This document shows positions 30,184 to 39,585 of a DNA stretch of 64,000 nucleotides, piece by piece (position 1 is the stretch's first letter; each line of letters starts with the position of its first letter). The notes under the pieces are model-generated. The model was not told the origin of the DNA. It made no database searches and saw nothing but the letters and a program-made list of their open reading frames with translations. Location: NCBI GenBank assembly GCA_963718615.1, contig OY970368.1, positions 4,928,001 through 4,992,000 of the forward strand, in the 5' to 3' direction. Position numbers and translations under genes: made by a program. The DNA comes from an uncultured cyanobacterium (GTDB taxonomy: Bacteria > Cyanobacteriota > Cyanobacteriia > PCC-9006 > JAAUQQ01).

Positions 30184-30400
30184 TCCAACCCCCTTGCCCT
30201 CAGACGTCGTGCAACGGCTTATCGAAGATGGCAGAATCACTATGCCAAAGTTATGGAGGGATTACAGAGAGCTTTGAATGTGCAGAGATTAATACACAAC
30301 TGGGTCAGACCTCATGGTCGCTTTACTCAGAAGAAGACCACCCCTGCCATGGCTATGGGATTGATCGATAGGCCGCTGGCGATCGCAGAGATCCTTACCC
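30184..30400 (+). pseudogene. C-terminal fragment of an IS1-like transposase
   Basis: ALRRRATAYRR.QNHYAK...LQRAL..IHNWVRPH...TTPAMAMGLIDRPL; no N-terminus present. Confidence 0.7.
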
Positions 30401-31010
30401 CAATGGCAGCGGCAGCCTTTATTCAGCAGCCCTATGCCCCAGAGGCGGTGCTTTTGCGGAGGTGGGATGATTTAGCCAAGGAGCCCCAGGCCCCAACCCC
30501 AGTCCTTGAGCATTTCATCTAATCCTCCGAGAGACCCCTGGCTTTAGCCATGGGGAGGGATAGGAGCGCGACCGTGAGGGAGCAATTTGTGTTTCGCCCC
30601 AGAAGCTAAGACCTAAATCTACAAAATTTTTATGGAGCATAGCTTTCAACTATTCTAGAGTGGGTATGGAAAGCAAAAACCAAGCTTTCCCTTGCACCTT
30701 GAAAACTGAAGTTATGGGGTTCTGGTCAGGAATGCTTGGCCAGGTAAAAACTTCAAGCAACGAGTAGATGTCTTAGAGACACCGTACCGTGGGGCTCACG
30801 GAATCGGACCTCTGCAAAGGGGTGAAAGCCTGTGGACTTGAGTAAGACGGGAACATAGCAACGTTTGTTGTGGTGTACGCATCGTGAATGAAACAGGAAA
30901 TCTTTGGAGCGATCCGGAGAATCCCCCGGTTTCAACCGTGGGGAGTAGTCAATCCCATTCTCCAAACATGTCTGCAAACCCCTCAGCCTCGCTCGATGCC
31001 GAAGCGCTAA
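30401..31010 (+). pseudogene. Remnant of a phosphonate-associated HD-domain (PhnZ-like) gene, interrupted by the element at 30519-30952
   Basis: AAAFIQQPYA..AVLLRRWDDLAK..APTPVLEHF; removing the insert continues in frame as IPILQTCL...*. Confidence 0.65.
30519..30952 (+). mobile_element. Non-autonomous IS200/IS605-family element retaining an omegaRNA-type right end
   Basis: Left-end hairpin 30535-30555 preceded by GAGA; right-end hairpin 30923-30943 preceded by GAAT; terminal TCAA. Inserted after TTCAT with no target duplication. TnpB-tail remnant RTVGLTE..KACG. Confidence 0.88.
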
Positions 31011-31444
31011 CGCTACGCCCTGCCACCCCAGACGATTTGCCCCTGTTGATCGAGCTTTATGCGGCCATGGATGGCGAAGCGCCCTTGGCCCTAGGAGCGG
31101 TTGAAGCAGTTTTTCAGCAAATTCAGGCCATTCCCCACGCTCAAATTTATCTGGCTGCTTTGGGTCCAGACGTGGTGGGAACGTTCACGTTGTTACTGGC
31201 CCCGACCATGATGCACCGGGGAATTCATCGGTTTGCCTTGCTGGATGCGGTGACGGTTTTACCGCAGTTTCGCGGTCAAGGGATGGGCAAGGCGATGGTT
31301 GTAGCCGCACTCCATTTGGCCCAGGAGGCGGGTTGTTATAAGTTGATGTTGTCGTCGAATTTGCAACGCGATCGCGCCCACGCGTTCTACCGTTCCCTTG
31401 GCTTTGAACAGCACGGTTGGAGTTTTAGTCTAACAATATTCTAA
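30968..31444 (+). CDS. GNAT N-acetyltransferase (PhnO-like)
   Basis: FRGQGMGK and GCYKLMLSSN..R.RAHAFY motifs. The ORF-track start at 30884 lies inside the mobile element. Confidence 0.88.
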   Translation: MSANPSASLDAEALTLRPATPDDLPLLIELYAAMDGEAPLALGAVEAVFQQIQAIPHAQIYLAALGPDVVGTFTLLLAPTMMHRGIHRFALLDAVTVLPQFRGQGMGKAMVVAALHLAQEAGCYKLMLSSNLQRDRAHAFYRSLGFEQHGWSFSLTIF

Positions 31445-31736
31445 ACGGGCCAGGGATTCTAAATGGGCCGGGAACAGTAAACGTTTTCAGTCCAAACGGA
31501 TGTCTGAATCGTCCCTACCCTTTTGCTTGACGCAGATTGTTCTAAGCCTCACCCAGAGAAGGTTTGGCCCAATTCAGCAAGCAGTTTATGCCGAAAACCT
31601 GAGCATCCGCGTCTCCCGATGGGTACTTTAGATACAGTATCGTTTTCCAACCTTGATCACAAACTTCTGAACCGCAAACCTCTGACCGCAAACTTCCTTA
31701 GCCACATCTATCCTAAGCAATCCCCAGGGTGGCATC

Positions 31737-32987
31737 ATGACAGCTTTGGTGCAGCTTCCAGACCATTCAAACTCCAACTCATCCCCCATTGTCCAAGCCG
31801 TAGTGCGGCAAATCCAGCGGGCTGCCAGTGATCAAATCACAGGGAGCCTCAACTTTGATACGGTGCATGTGCCGCGCATGCGACTTTTTTTTGTCATGGG
31901 ACGGTTAATTTGGGCCGGGGGTGGCGTTCATCGTTTGCGTCGCTGGAATCGCCTGCTCAAAACCTTTTGTCCGGAGGCGATCGCCCACATCACCGCCCTT
32001 TCCGTCAATCTAGACACAGCCTTTTGGGAATACACGGTCCTGGGCCAGCTCGTGAAGGCAGGCCACATTAGCCGAGATGTAGCCCGTTCGATTATCCAGG
32101 CCAACATCGTCGAAGTCCTGTTTGATATTGTTCAGGCTTCCAAGCTGATCGAAAAATTTAGCTACACCAAAACCAATCTCCTCAATCCCCAGGACACCAT
32201 CACACTGATTGCCCCAGAAACGCTGATTCAGGATTTAGAGCGGCAGTGGGGCCAATGGTGTGAAGTGAATTTGGCTCCCTATTCCCCCAACTTGGCTCCA
32301 GCAGTCACACGACCTGGGGCACTCCAATCCCAGGTGACGCCTCAGACCTATGAAAAACTGATGCAGATGCTTAAGGGTCACCTGTCTTTGCGAGAGCTGG
32401 CGCTACTGTTGCAAAAGGATGTGTGTCACTTTAGTCAGTCAATTATTGCCTACGAGCAACAGGGCATTGTTCAGCTCCAAGTGATTCCGGACTTGGGGGG
32501 GACGACTGTTACACCCACAGCCGCAGCCCATTCCAGCGGGAGATCCACGTCTGCCCAAGAGGCCCTAAGCAATCTGCGCCGTACGATTAACCAGGTCACG
32601 GTCCGAGCCAAGGAACCGCCTTTGGTTATGTGTATTGATGACAGTCCGATTATTTGTCAGCGTTTACAGCAAATTGTCGAGCGAGCGGGCTATCGCTATA
32701 CCAGCATTCAAGACCCGATTCAGGCCCTGCCACTGCTGCTTTCGCAAAAGCCCGATTTGATTTTTGTTGACTTGGTCATGCCGGTCATTGGAGGCTATGA
32801 GTTGTGTAGCCAAATCCGTCGATTGCCTTCATTTCAGGACACACCGTTGATTATTTTTAGTGGCAATATGATCGATCGTATTCGCGCCAAACTCGTACGG
32901 GCAAACGATATTCTGGCGAAAGATGTTCCATCAGAACAAATTACTGCCACGATTGAGCGCTGGCTACCGCTCCATGTGGATCCCTAA
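31737..32987 (+). CDS. PatA-family response regulator
   Basis: N-terminal PATAN-like region (GGVHRLRRW.R) and C-terminal REC domain (CIDDS, FVDLVMP). Confidence 0.85.
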   Translation: MTALVQLPDHSNSNSSPIVQAVVRQIQRAASDQITGSLNFDTVHVPRMRLFFVMGRLIWAGGGVHRLRRWNRLLKTFCPEAIAHITALSVNLDTAFWEYTVLGQLVKAGHISRDVARSIIQANIVEVLFDIVQASKLIEKFSYTKTNLLNPQDTITLIAPETLIQDLERQWGQWCEVNLAPYSPNLAPAVTRPGALQSQVTPQTYEKLMQMLKGHLSLRELALLLQKDVCHFSQSIIAYEQQGIVQLQVIPDLGGTTVTPTAAAHSSGRSTSAQEALSNLRRTINQVTVRAKEPPLVMCIDDSPIICQRLQQIVERAGYRYTSIQDPIQALPLLLSQKPDLIFVDLVMPVIGGYELCSQIRRLPSFQDTPLIIFSGNMIDRIRAKLVRANDILAKDVPSEQITATIERWLPLHVDP

Positions 32988-33952
32988 GGTCCATCGGCCA
33001 AGGCTTGGGCTGCTTCAGCCACGAGCGCGGAGACAAAGGGCAAAATCCGTTCATTGTCGCTATGCTCGGAGCCCTCGGTAAAAATAACTAAGGTGTAGGG
33101 TAAACCACCAGGAACCTCGACATAGGCCGCATCATGACGGACACGGCTCATCCAGCCAGCCTTGGAACAGCACTGGGCTCCGGTGGGGAGACCTTCACCG
33201 ATGAATCCCCCGATTTGATTTTCGGGATCCGGTTTCCAGGCGGTGGGATCGAGCGATCGCCCCATCCAGCCTAACAGCCGTTGAGAAGCTGAGGCCGAAA
33301 CCGCGACGCCCCCGGCTATGCTATGCACCAGTCTTGCCACAGCATCCGTGGTGAGGACATTACGATTTTCGTAGTTTTCACCGTAAAAGGCCCGCTCGCG
33401 ACCGTAGGGGCCGTCTCCCCAGGTTTTTTGGTTGATATTGCAACTTTCCAGTTCTTCCCAGCCCAGCGACTGATAGTAGCGATTAACAATATTGCGCTGA
33501 TACTGCCAAGTCTTAAAGGGCTCCGGCGGTAGCTCTGGACCGCTCGTCGTGCCGGTGAGCACATCCACAATTAAGCCCGTGCCGTCATTGCTCGAATCCA
33601 CAATCATGTCCCGCGCCGCCCGTTCAATTTCCGGCGTCAGGCTGAGCATGTCCTTCTCCACCCATTCGAGCAGGGCCACCGCATAAAACAGCTTGACGAC
33701 GCTGGCGGGATAAATACATTCCACACCGCGATAGCTATAGCCTCGGGGCTGCTGGAGCCAAAAATCGTTGGCGGCGATCGCCCCTCCCGTATTCATCGGA
33801 AAGCCCGGATCATAGACCACCCAGGTGAGGGCAATTTGGTTGCGGGCTAGGCTAGGAAACTGGGCGAGGGTAGTTTGGAGGATGCGATCGCCCCACTCCG
33901 TCAGCGGCTCATCTTTTTTGCGGAAAAAAGGCATGGCAAGTTCAGGGGACAA
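32984..33952 (-). CDS. Serine hydrolase (class A beta-lactamase-like)
   Basis: PASVVK, DSSND and SKAG motifs. Confidence 0.88.
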   Translation of the reverse strand: MSPELAMPFFRKKDEPLTEWGDRILQTTLAQFPSLARNQIALTWVVYDPGFPMNTGGAIAANDFWLQQPRGYSYRGVECIYPASVVKLFYAVALLEWVEKDMLSLTPEIERAARDMIVDSSNDGTGLIVDVLTGTTSGPELPPEPFKTWQYQRNIVNRYYQSLGWEELESCNINQKTWGDGPYGRERAFYGENYENRNVLTTDAVARLVHSIAGGVAVSASASQRLLGWMGRSLDPTAWKPDPENQIGGFIGEGLPTGAQCCSKAGWMSRVRHDAAYVEVPGGLPYTLVIFTEGSEHSDNERILPFVSALVAEAAQALADGP

Positions 33953-33954
33953 GT

Positions 33955-34575
33955 TCAGGGGACAAGTTTAATGCAAGGCAAGGCAAGGTCAAAATTGGCG
34001 ACAATCTGGGCTAGGCCCAGGGGAGGCGTCGCATTTAAGTCTAGTTCGGCCCCCAGAAACGGCACCTGGCCAATCACAGGAACATGGGTCAGCGCCATCA
34101 CCTGCCGGGGATGGCTCCAATCCAGCAACCGCGCCTCCGCCTCCGCCGTCAGGCAGTTGAGCACAATGCCCCGCAGATCGCAGCGGCGTTGCTGGGCCAG
34201 GGCCACTTGCGCCACCAGGTTATCTAACCCCTGCTCGGTCACCGCCCCCACCAACAGCGTCGGCAACCGCCAATCTGCCGCCAAATCCGCCACCGTTGTT
34301 TCGGGCGTTACGGGGGTTCCTAAGCTACCCATAGCCTCAATGAGGATGCCGGTCTGGGGCTCGTCCGCCGGATTGGCAGAATTGAGCGGAGGATTCAGCG
34401 ATCGCCAGGTTTCCCCCAAGTCCAAGGTTCCAATCGCCGGTTGATGGAGCTTGATTTGCAGCCAGGGAACGGGCGATCGCAGCAGAGTGGAGCGGGCGAT
34501 CGCCTGGAGCACCAGAGTCTTACCGACGCCATAGCCGGTCCCTGCGATCAATAGACGATGGGGGGGTGGGAGCAT
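33955..34575 (-). CDS. bioD: Dethiobiotin synthase-like protein (short)
   Basis: IAGTGYGVGKT, IEAMGSLGTPVT, TVADLA and GIVLN motifs. Confidence 0.7.
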   Translation of the reverse strand: MLPPPHRLLIAGTGYGVGKTLVLQAIARSTLLRSPVPWLQIKLHQPAIGTLDLGETWRSLNPPLNSANPADEPQTGILIEAMGSLGTPVTPETTVADLAADWRLPTLLVGAVTEQGLDNLVAQVALAQQRRCDLRGIVLNCLTAEAEARLLDWSHPRQVMALTHVPVIGQVPFLGAELDLNATPPLGLAQIVANFDLALPCIKLVP

Positions 34576-34603
34576 GGGGCTTCTGCTTGTGTGTGAAGGA
34601 GTC

Positions 34604-34648
34604 GGCCTAGGGAATTGGCCTAGGAAATTGGCCTAGGAAATTGGCCTA
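34604..34648. repeat. 13-bp tandem repeat (GGCCTAGGAAATT) overlapping the kinase stop codon
   Basis: About 3.5 units visible. Confidence 0.8.
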
Positions 34649-36625
34649 CTGGCCCCCCTGGGGCAACTCCACAGGAATATCCGCCGGGGGAGTGGGGGCT
34701 GGTGAGGCGGTTGCGGTCGGCGTCGGTGTTTCCGTCGGTGTCGGCATTTCCGTCGGCGTTGGCGTTTCCGTCGGTGTTGGCGTTTCCGTCGGTTCAGGTG
34801 CCGGTGCCGCCGTCACCCCCAGCGCCACCGAATAGGCTCCCGCTTCGCCCTGGGCCACCTCGATCAGATAATTGCCATCGTTGCTAGCTTGGACCGTTCC
34901 TTCCGTGCCCACCATATCGGGAATCGGGTTCCCATTGGGTAAATAAAATCGCAGGGTTGCCCCCCCTTCCACCACACGAGCACTAAGGGTTTGGCCCGAG
35001 ACCAAGGGCACCCGATAGCGCTGGATCACATTGGGGTCTAGTTTTCCAGAGAAAATACGTTCGATTCCCGGCACCAGCGACACCCGTTCCTCGCGATAGA
35101 CCGGTTCAACCGGGGTGGGTTCCGGGGAAGGGGCTGCCTGACGTTCTAGCCTCAGCTTGAAACGACTACTATCAACCCCCGAGACCGGACTCACCTGAAT
35201 CACATAGGTACCCTCCAGGGGCAGTTCCCCCGACCAAGTTTTGACCTGACTGGCTTGGCCATCAATCACCGCATCATCCGGCGCAATCAACGTCATGAGC
35301 ACCCCGTCATTGCTCAAGCTGGCGTTTAGGGTATCGCCTTGTTGAGCCTGAAACTCGTAGTTGATCGTCTGGTTCGCCTTAAGACCCCGTGAAAATTCCT
35401 GGGGTTTACCGGGCTGGAGCGTAATCGTCTGCCGCAGGCGTTCTAGGGTTGGGGAAGGGGTAGGACTGGAGGTCACCGTGGGGGTGACGGTGGGAGTCGG
35501 TGGTGGCGGCAGCACCTCCGGTTTGGGCGAGAGCGCGGTCACCAGAAGCCAAGAGCCGATCCCCGCCAAAGCAACGATCCCCGCTCCCACCGTGCCCACG
35601 GCCACGGGATCATCCCAAAAGGAGGATTCCGGCTGACTCACAGGACGAGGACTATTCGTTGACATTTTGCGTTCAAAAGAAGGTTCTACCGCCCGACCGA
35701 TGGCCACAGTCTGCATCTGTGAAGGCGGCGGCGCAGCGGCCATGCCAGAGGGATCTAAACCGAGGGTCTGTCCTGGGTTCACCGCTCCCGAAACCGCCCG
35801 CAATGCTTCCATAACATCGACGGCGGCAGGATAGCGATCGCCCGGTCGATAGCTCAACATTTTGTCCAACACACTGGCAAAGCGATCGGGCACCTGGGGA
35901 ACAAACTGCCGCCAAGTCCAAGCCATTTGATTGGCATCAAAGAGTTCCGCCGGTTGTCGGCCTGTCATCAAGACAATCGCCGTCACCGCCAGGGCATAGA
36001 GGTCGCTAGAGGGATAAACTTCACCGCCGCGAATTTGCTCGCTAGGGGCATAGCCCGGTTTCCCCACTGTTGTTGGCCCGCTCAGCTCATTGGTTTGTAG
36101 CTGGGTTGCCACGGCCTTGACCACGCCAAAATCTATCAGGACGGGCTGCCCGTCTTGCTCCCGGTACATGACGTTATCCGGAGAGATATCCCGGTGAATG
36201 ATGCCCTTGTTGTGAATGTGGCTGAGGACCGGCAGGAGCTGTTGCACAAACTGAAAGGCTTCGTCCGGGCTAAAAGCCGTTCCCTTGCTCAGATGTTCGC
36301 TCAACAGATCACTGTAGGAGCGGCCTTCCACATAGTCTTGAACAATAAAAAACCGGCTGTCTTCCTGGAAAACGGCCTGAAACTTAGGCACCTGGGGATG
36401 CTGAATGCGGTGCAGGACCGAAGCTTCCCGCTCAAACAGCTCCTGGGATTTTTCGATCGCATAGCGACTGTCGCGGGGGGGAATAAATTCCTTCAGCGCG
36501 CAATATTCGTTAAATCGGCCTTGGTCTGCTGCCAGGTAGGTGCGCCCAAAGCCCCCCTGGCCGAGGATTTGCAAAATCCGATAGCGATTTTGAAGAACGG
36601 TTCCAATGGGAATGGGTGGTTGCAT
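34646..36625 (-). CDS. Membrane Ser/Thr protein kinase with extracellular beta-domains and PT-rich tail
   Basis: GQGGFGRTY, HRDISPDN, IDFG and GYAPSEQ motifs; TM helix; PTETPT repeats. Confidence 0.93.
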   Translation of the reverse strand: MQPPIPIGTVLQNRYRILQILGQGGFGRTYLAADQGRFNEYCALKEFIPPRDSRYAIEKSQELFEREASVLHRIQHPQVPKFQAVFQEDSRFFIVQDYVEGRSYSDLLSEHLSKGTAFSPDEAFQFVQQLLPVLSHIHNKGIIHRDISPDNVMYREQDGQPVLIDFGVVKAVATQLQTNELSGPTTVGKPGYAPSEQIRGGEVYPSSDLYALAVTAIVLMTGRQPAELFDANQMAWTWRQFVPQVPDRFASVLDKMLSYRPGDRYPAAVDVMEALRAVSGAVNPGQTLGLDPSGMAAAPPPSQMQTVAIGRAVEPSFERKMSTNSPRPVSQPESSFWDDPVAVGTVGAGIVALAGIGSWLLVTALSPKPEVLPPPPTPTVTPTVTSSPTPSPTLERLRQTITLQPGKPQEFSRGLKANQTINYEFQAQQGDTLNASLSNDGVLMTLIAPDDAVIDGQASQVKTWSGELPLEGTYVIQVSPVSGVDSSRFKLRLERQAAPSPEPTPVEPVYREERVSLVPGIERIFSGKLDPNVIQRYRVPLVSGQTLSARVVEGGATLRFYLPNGNPIPDMVGTEGTVQASNDGNYLIEVAQGEAGAYSVALGVTAAPAPEPTETPTPTETPTPTEMPTPTETPTPTATASPAPTPPADIPVELPQGGQ

Positions 36626-36871
36626 GGCCAGACACAAAAATTAAGGAACGCGGTCAGGAACGATTCATCCCAGACAAGGATTCACCCCAGACAATATAGG
36701 GGGTGATTGGCGATCGCAAGGGATTCCCCTCAGTCCGGCCTAGCCGGTGGCCCTCCACTTGCCAACCGGGTTGCAGTTTAACAGGGCTTTCGATACAGTG
36801 ATCTCCAATACTATTTCAAAAAAATCTTTCAAAAATCTTTCAAAGAATCAAAGTCTACCCTGGCGTTGACC

Positions 36872-37333
36872 TCAGGGGGTCCTCAGACGTTCCTTAACCC
36901 AGGTTTGCACTAACTTGCCATCCGCTTGCCCTTTAAGACGCTGCATCGCGGGTCCCATCACCCTTCCCATATCCTTAGCAGAGCTGGCTCCCACCTCGGT
37001 CATGATTTCATCAATGATGGCTTTGATTTCTGCTTCTGAAAGCTGTTCCGGCAAATATTCTTCAATGATGGCCAGTTCCTGGCTTTCCTGGTCAGCCAGT
37101 TCGCTCCGACCGGCCTGTTGGTACTGGGCGATCGAGTCCCGGCGCTGTTTTGCCAGCTGGGTCAACACGGCCAATTCTTCGTCACTGGAAAGCGTATCTT
37201 TGCCCTTGGCCCGCCCATCCACTTCTTTTTCTAGCAAGAGCTTTTTAATACTCCGCACGGTTTCTAAGCGAATCTTATCGCGGGACTTCATTGCCGCTTT
37301 GATATCTTCCCCAATCCGATCTTTGAGACTCAT
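36872..37333 (-). CDS. GatB/YqeY domain protein
   Basis: KQRRDSI.QY, YLPEQLS and KDMGRVMG motifs. Confidence 0.92.
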   Translation of the reverse strand: MSLKDRIGEDIKAAMKSRDKIRLETVRSIKKLLLEKEVDGRAKGKDTLSSDEELAVLTQLAKQRRDSIAQYQQAGRSELADQESQELAIIEEYLPEQLSEAEIKAIIDEIMTEVGASSAKDMGRVMGPAMQRLKGQADGKLVQTWVKERLRTP

Positions 37334-38002
37334 GGTGAATGCGATCGCCTCCCAGCAATTATTCTCTTAACTATTCAAGCAAACTTCCTGGATAGATGGG
37401 GGATGGAGACATGAGATTATCCTCAGACTTTGCCTATTAAACTTACATAATTTGTCGAGATTCAAGACCCTTTTTCAGGGAAGTTTATCAAGATTTATCT
37501 AGCTCTATCCAGTTTGTGATCGAAGTCTATGGAAGATGTTTAGTCTGATACATTAAGCAAGCATAAGTCTTTAAGATACGCTTGACTCAGAGATCCATCA
37601 GAATCCATGGATCCAGTGAACTTTGCCAGGGACAAGAGATAGGGAATTGCCCTATTATCATCCGCAAATAAGCAATAATGAATCTCTCCTCAATTCCTTA
37701 AGACTTTTAGCACAATGGATTCCAAGGGGTTAACAGACTGAAATCTAGCGAAAAATCCGAGTAAGCAAGCGCTAACATACGTAAATTTTGGGTCCAATGT
37801 TCCTCTAATTCATTTATCTTTATGAAGTCTTCTATCGAACCGTAGCAGAAATGCCGAATTCAGCGAAAGAAAAGCGAAAAGATGGCGATCGCCCCGGCAA
37901 AATTCCAACCGACAAGCTTCGGTTTAAATCCTAGTAATTTGCAATCCCCCCAATGGAATCAAGAGTGATAAAATTGCACTGAATGCGCTCCAGAATTTTG
38001 TC

Positions 38003-38998
38003 GTGATTCGTTCCGCCACCCTTCCTTTCTCGCCTGCTTTGCCTGCTTTTCCGGACAATCAGCGTCTCAGGCTCTTCTCAGGCTCTGCCAATCCAGCCCT
38101 GGCCCAAGAAGTCGCTCGCTACTTGGGAATTGACCTGGGGCCAATGGTGCGAAAACGGTTCGCTGATGGAGAACTTTACGTTCAAATTCAAGAATCGATT
38201 CGGGGCTGTGATGTCTATCTCATCCAGCCGACCTGCTGCCCTGTCAACGACCATTTGATGGAACTGCTGATCATGATCGATGCCTGTCGTCGGGCTTCGG
38301 CGCGGCAGATCACCGCAGTGGTTCCCTACTATGGCTATGCTCGGGCCGATCGCAAAACCGCCGGACGGGAGTCGATCACTGCCAAGCTCGTGGCCAACTT
38401 GATGACCCAGGGCGGAGCCGATCGAGTCCTGGCCATGGACCTCCACTCCGCTCAAATTCAGGGCTATTTTGACATTCCCTTTGACCATGTATATGGATCC
38501 CCCATTATCATGGACTATCTGCTGAGCAAGAGTTTTAGTGATCTTGTGGTGGTCTCACCGGATGTCGGCGGCGTGGCCCGAGCCCGAGCCTTCGCCAAGA
38601 AGCTCAACGATGCCCCCCTAGCCATCATTGACAAACGTCGTCAAGCCCATAACGTCGCAGAAGTGATGAATGTCATCGGCGATGTGGCGGGTAAAACTGC
38701 CGTGCTAGTGGATGACATGATCGACACCGCCGGAACCATTTGCGAAGGAGCAAAGCTACTGCGCCGGGAAGGGGCTCACAAGGTCTATGCCTGTGCCACC
38801 CATCCGGTTTTTTCCCCTCCAGCGGTCGAGCGGTTGGCCCAGCCCGGTTTGTTTGAAGAAGTGATCGTCACCAATACCATTCCCCTCGCTCCCGATCAGC
38901 AGTTTCCTCAGTTGACGACGCTGTCGGTGGCCAATCTCCTAGGCGAAGCCATCTGGCGAATCCACGAAGAAAGCTCCGTCAGCATCATGTTTCGGTAA
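38003..38998 (+). CDS. prs: Ribose-phosphate pyrophosphokinase
   Basis: PYYGYARADRK, DLHSAQIQGYF and VDDMIDTAGT motifs. Confidence 0.98.
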   Translation: MIRSATLPFSPALPAFPDNQRLRLFSGSANPALAQEVARYLGIDLGPMVRKRFADGELYVQIQESIRGCDVYLIQPTCCPVNDHLMELLIMIDACRRASARQITAVVPYYGYARADRKTAGRESITAKLVANLMTQGGADRVLAMDLHSAQIQGYFDIPFDHVYGSPIIMDYLLSKSFSDLVVVSPDVGGVARARAFAKKLNDAPLAIIDKRRQAHNVAEVMNVIGDVAGKTAVLVDDMIDTAGTICEGAKLLRREGAHKVYACATHPVFSPPAVERLAQPGLFEEVIVTNTIPLAPDQQFPQLTTLSVANLLGEAIWRIHEESSVSIMFR

Positions 38999-39023
38999 AT
39001 TTCTACCCCCACCCCCAGCCTAG

Positions 39024-39059
39024 GGGTCGGCATCCCCGGCTCTGGGGTATTGCCGACCC
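39024..39059. terminator. GC-rich hairpin between convergent genes
   Basis: GGGTCGGCA...TGCCGACCC; no clear U-tract. Confidence 0.5.
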
Positions 39060-39073
39060 AGAAGCCATCCAGG

Positions 39074-39532
39074 TTAACCATCTGCATCGGTATCGGCGAA
39101 CGTATCCGAAGGCCGCCGAGGGGTCGGCCAGTCGGCGTTTTCGCCCCCGACAATGACGGTCTCGACCGTGACATAGTCCTTGGAAAACTGTCGGAAGGTG
39201 TTGATCAAAATATCTAAGGCCATAGCATCACTGGTGCCCAGATCAAACCAGCACCGCGCCCAAAGTCCTTCAAATTCTACTTCGCCCATGTTGTGCATGA
39301 GCGCCATCAGGCTGTCCTCCGCCCGATCATCCTCATAGTTGAGGTAGGACAGATCAACCCCTGCATCTTGGATCTGTAAACTCTCAGCATTAAAACCCCC
39401 CAGTTTCCCGAGAAAGAACCAGGAGTCAAAGACTTCCTCAATGTACTGTCGCTCCATGAGCGAAGGCACGGTCTCAAACTGAACCCAGATCCAGAGGTCA
39501 AAGGCGTCGAATTCGCGAAACTGAACTTCCAT
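39074..39532 (-). CDS. DUF3531-family protein
   Basis: SWFFLGKLGGFN and WARCWFDLGTSD motifs. Confidence 0.85.
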   Translation of the reverse strand: MEVQFREFDAFDLWIWVQFETVPSLMERQYIEEVFDSWFFLGKLGGFNAESLQIQDAGVDLSYLNYEDDRAEDSLMALMHNMGEVEFEGLWARCWFDLGTSDAMALDILINTFRQFSKDYVTVETVIVGGENADWPTPRRPSDTFADTDADG

Positions 39533-39585
39533 GGGAGCGTATCGGCCTCAGGACAAAATAACGGAGCGATGGGGGCGATACCGGA

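Noticed and set aside
30519-30952. Element as a group I intron/IStron, or its leader as a pistol or twister ribozyme
   Set aside because: It ends in TCAA rather than a terminal G and no group I core was seen. The leader lacks the required pistol P2 partner and the twister consensus.
30884-30967. N-terminal extension of the GNAT ORF, and overlapping minus ORF 30753-30977
   Set aside because: Both derive from the element's right end; the ATG at 30968 is the more plausible start.
34604-34800. Short repeat arrays as CRISPR
   Set aside because: Units are contiguous 13-18-mers without spacers, or are coding PT repeats; no cas genes are present.
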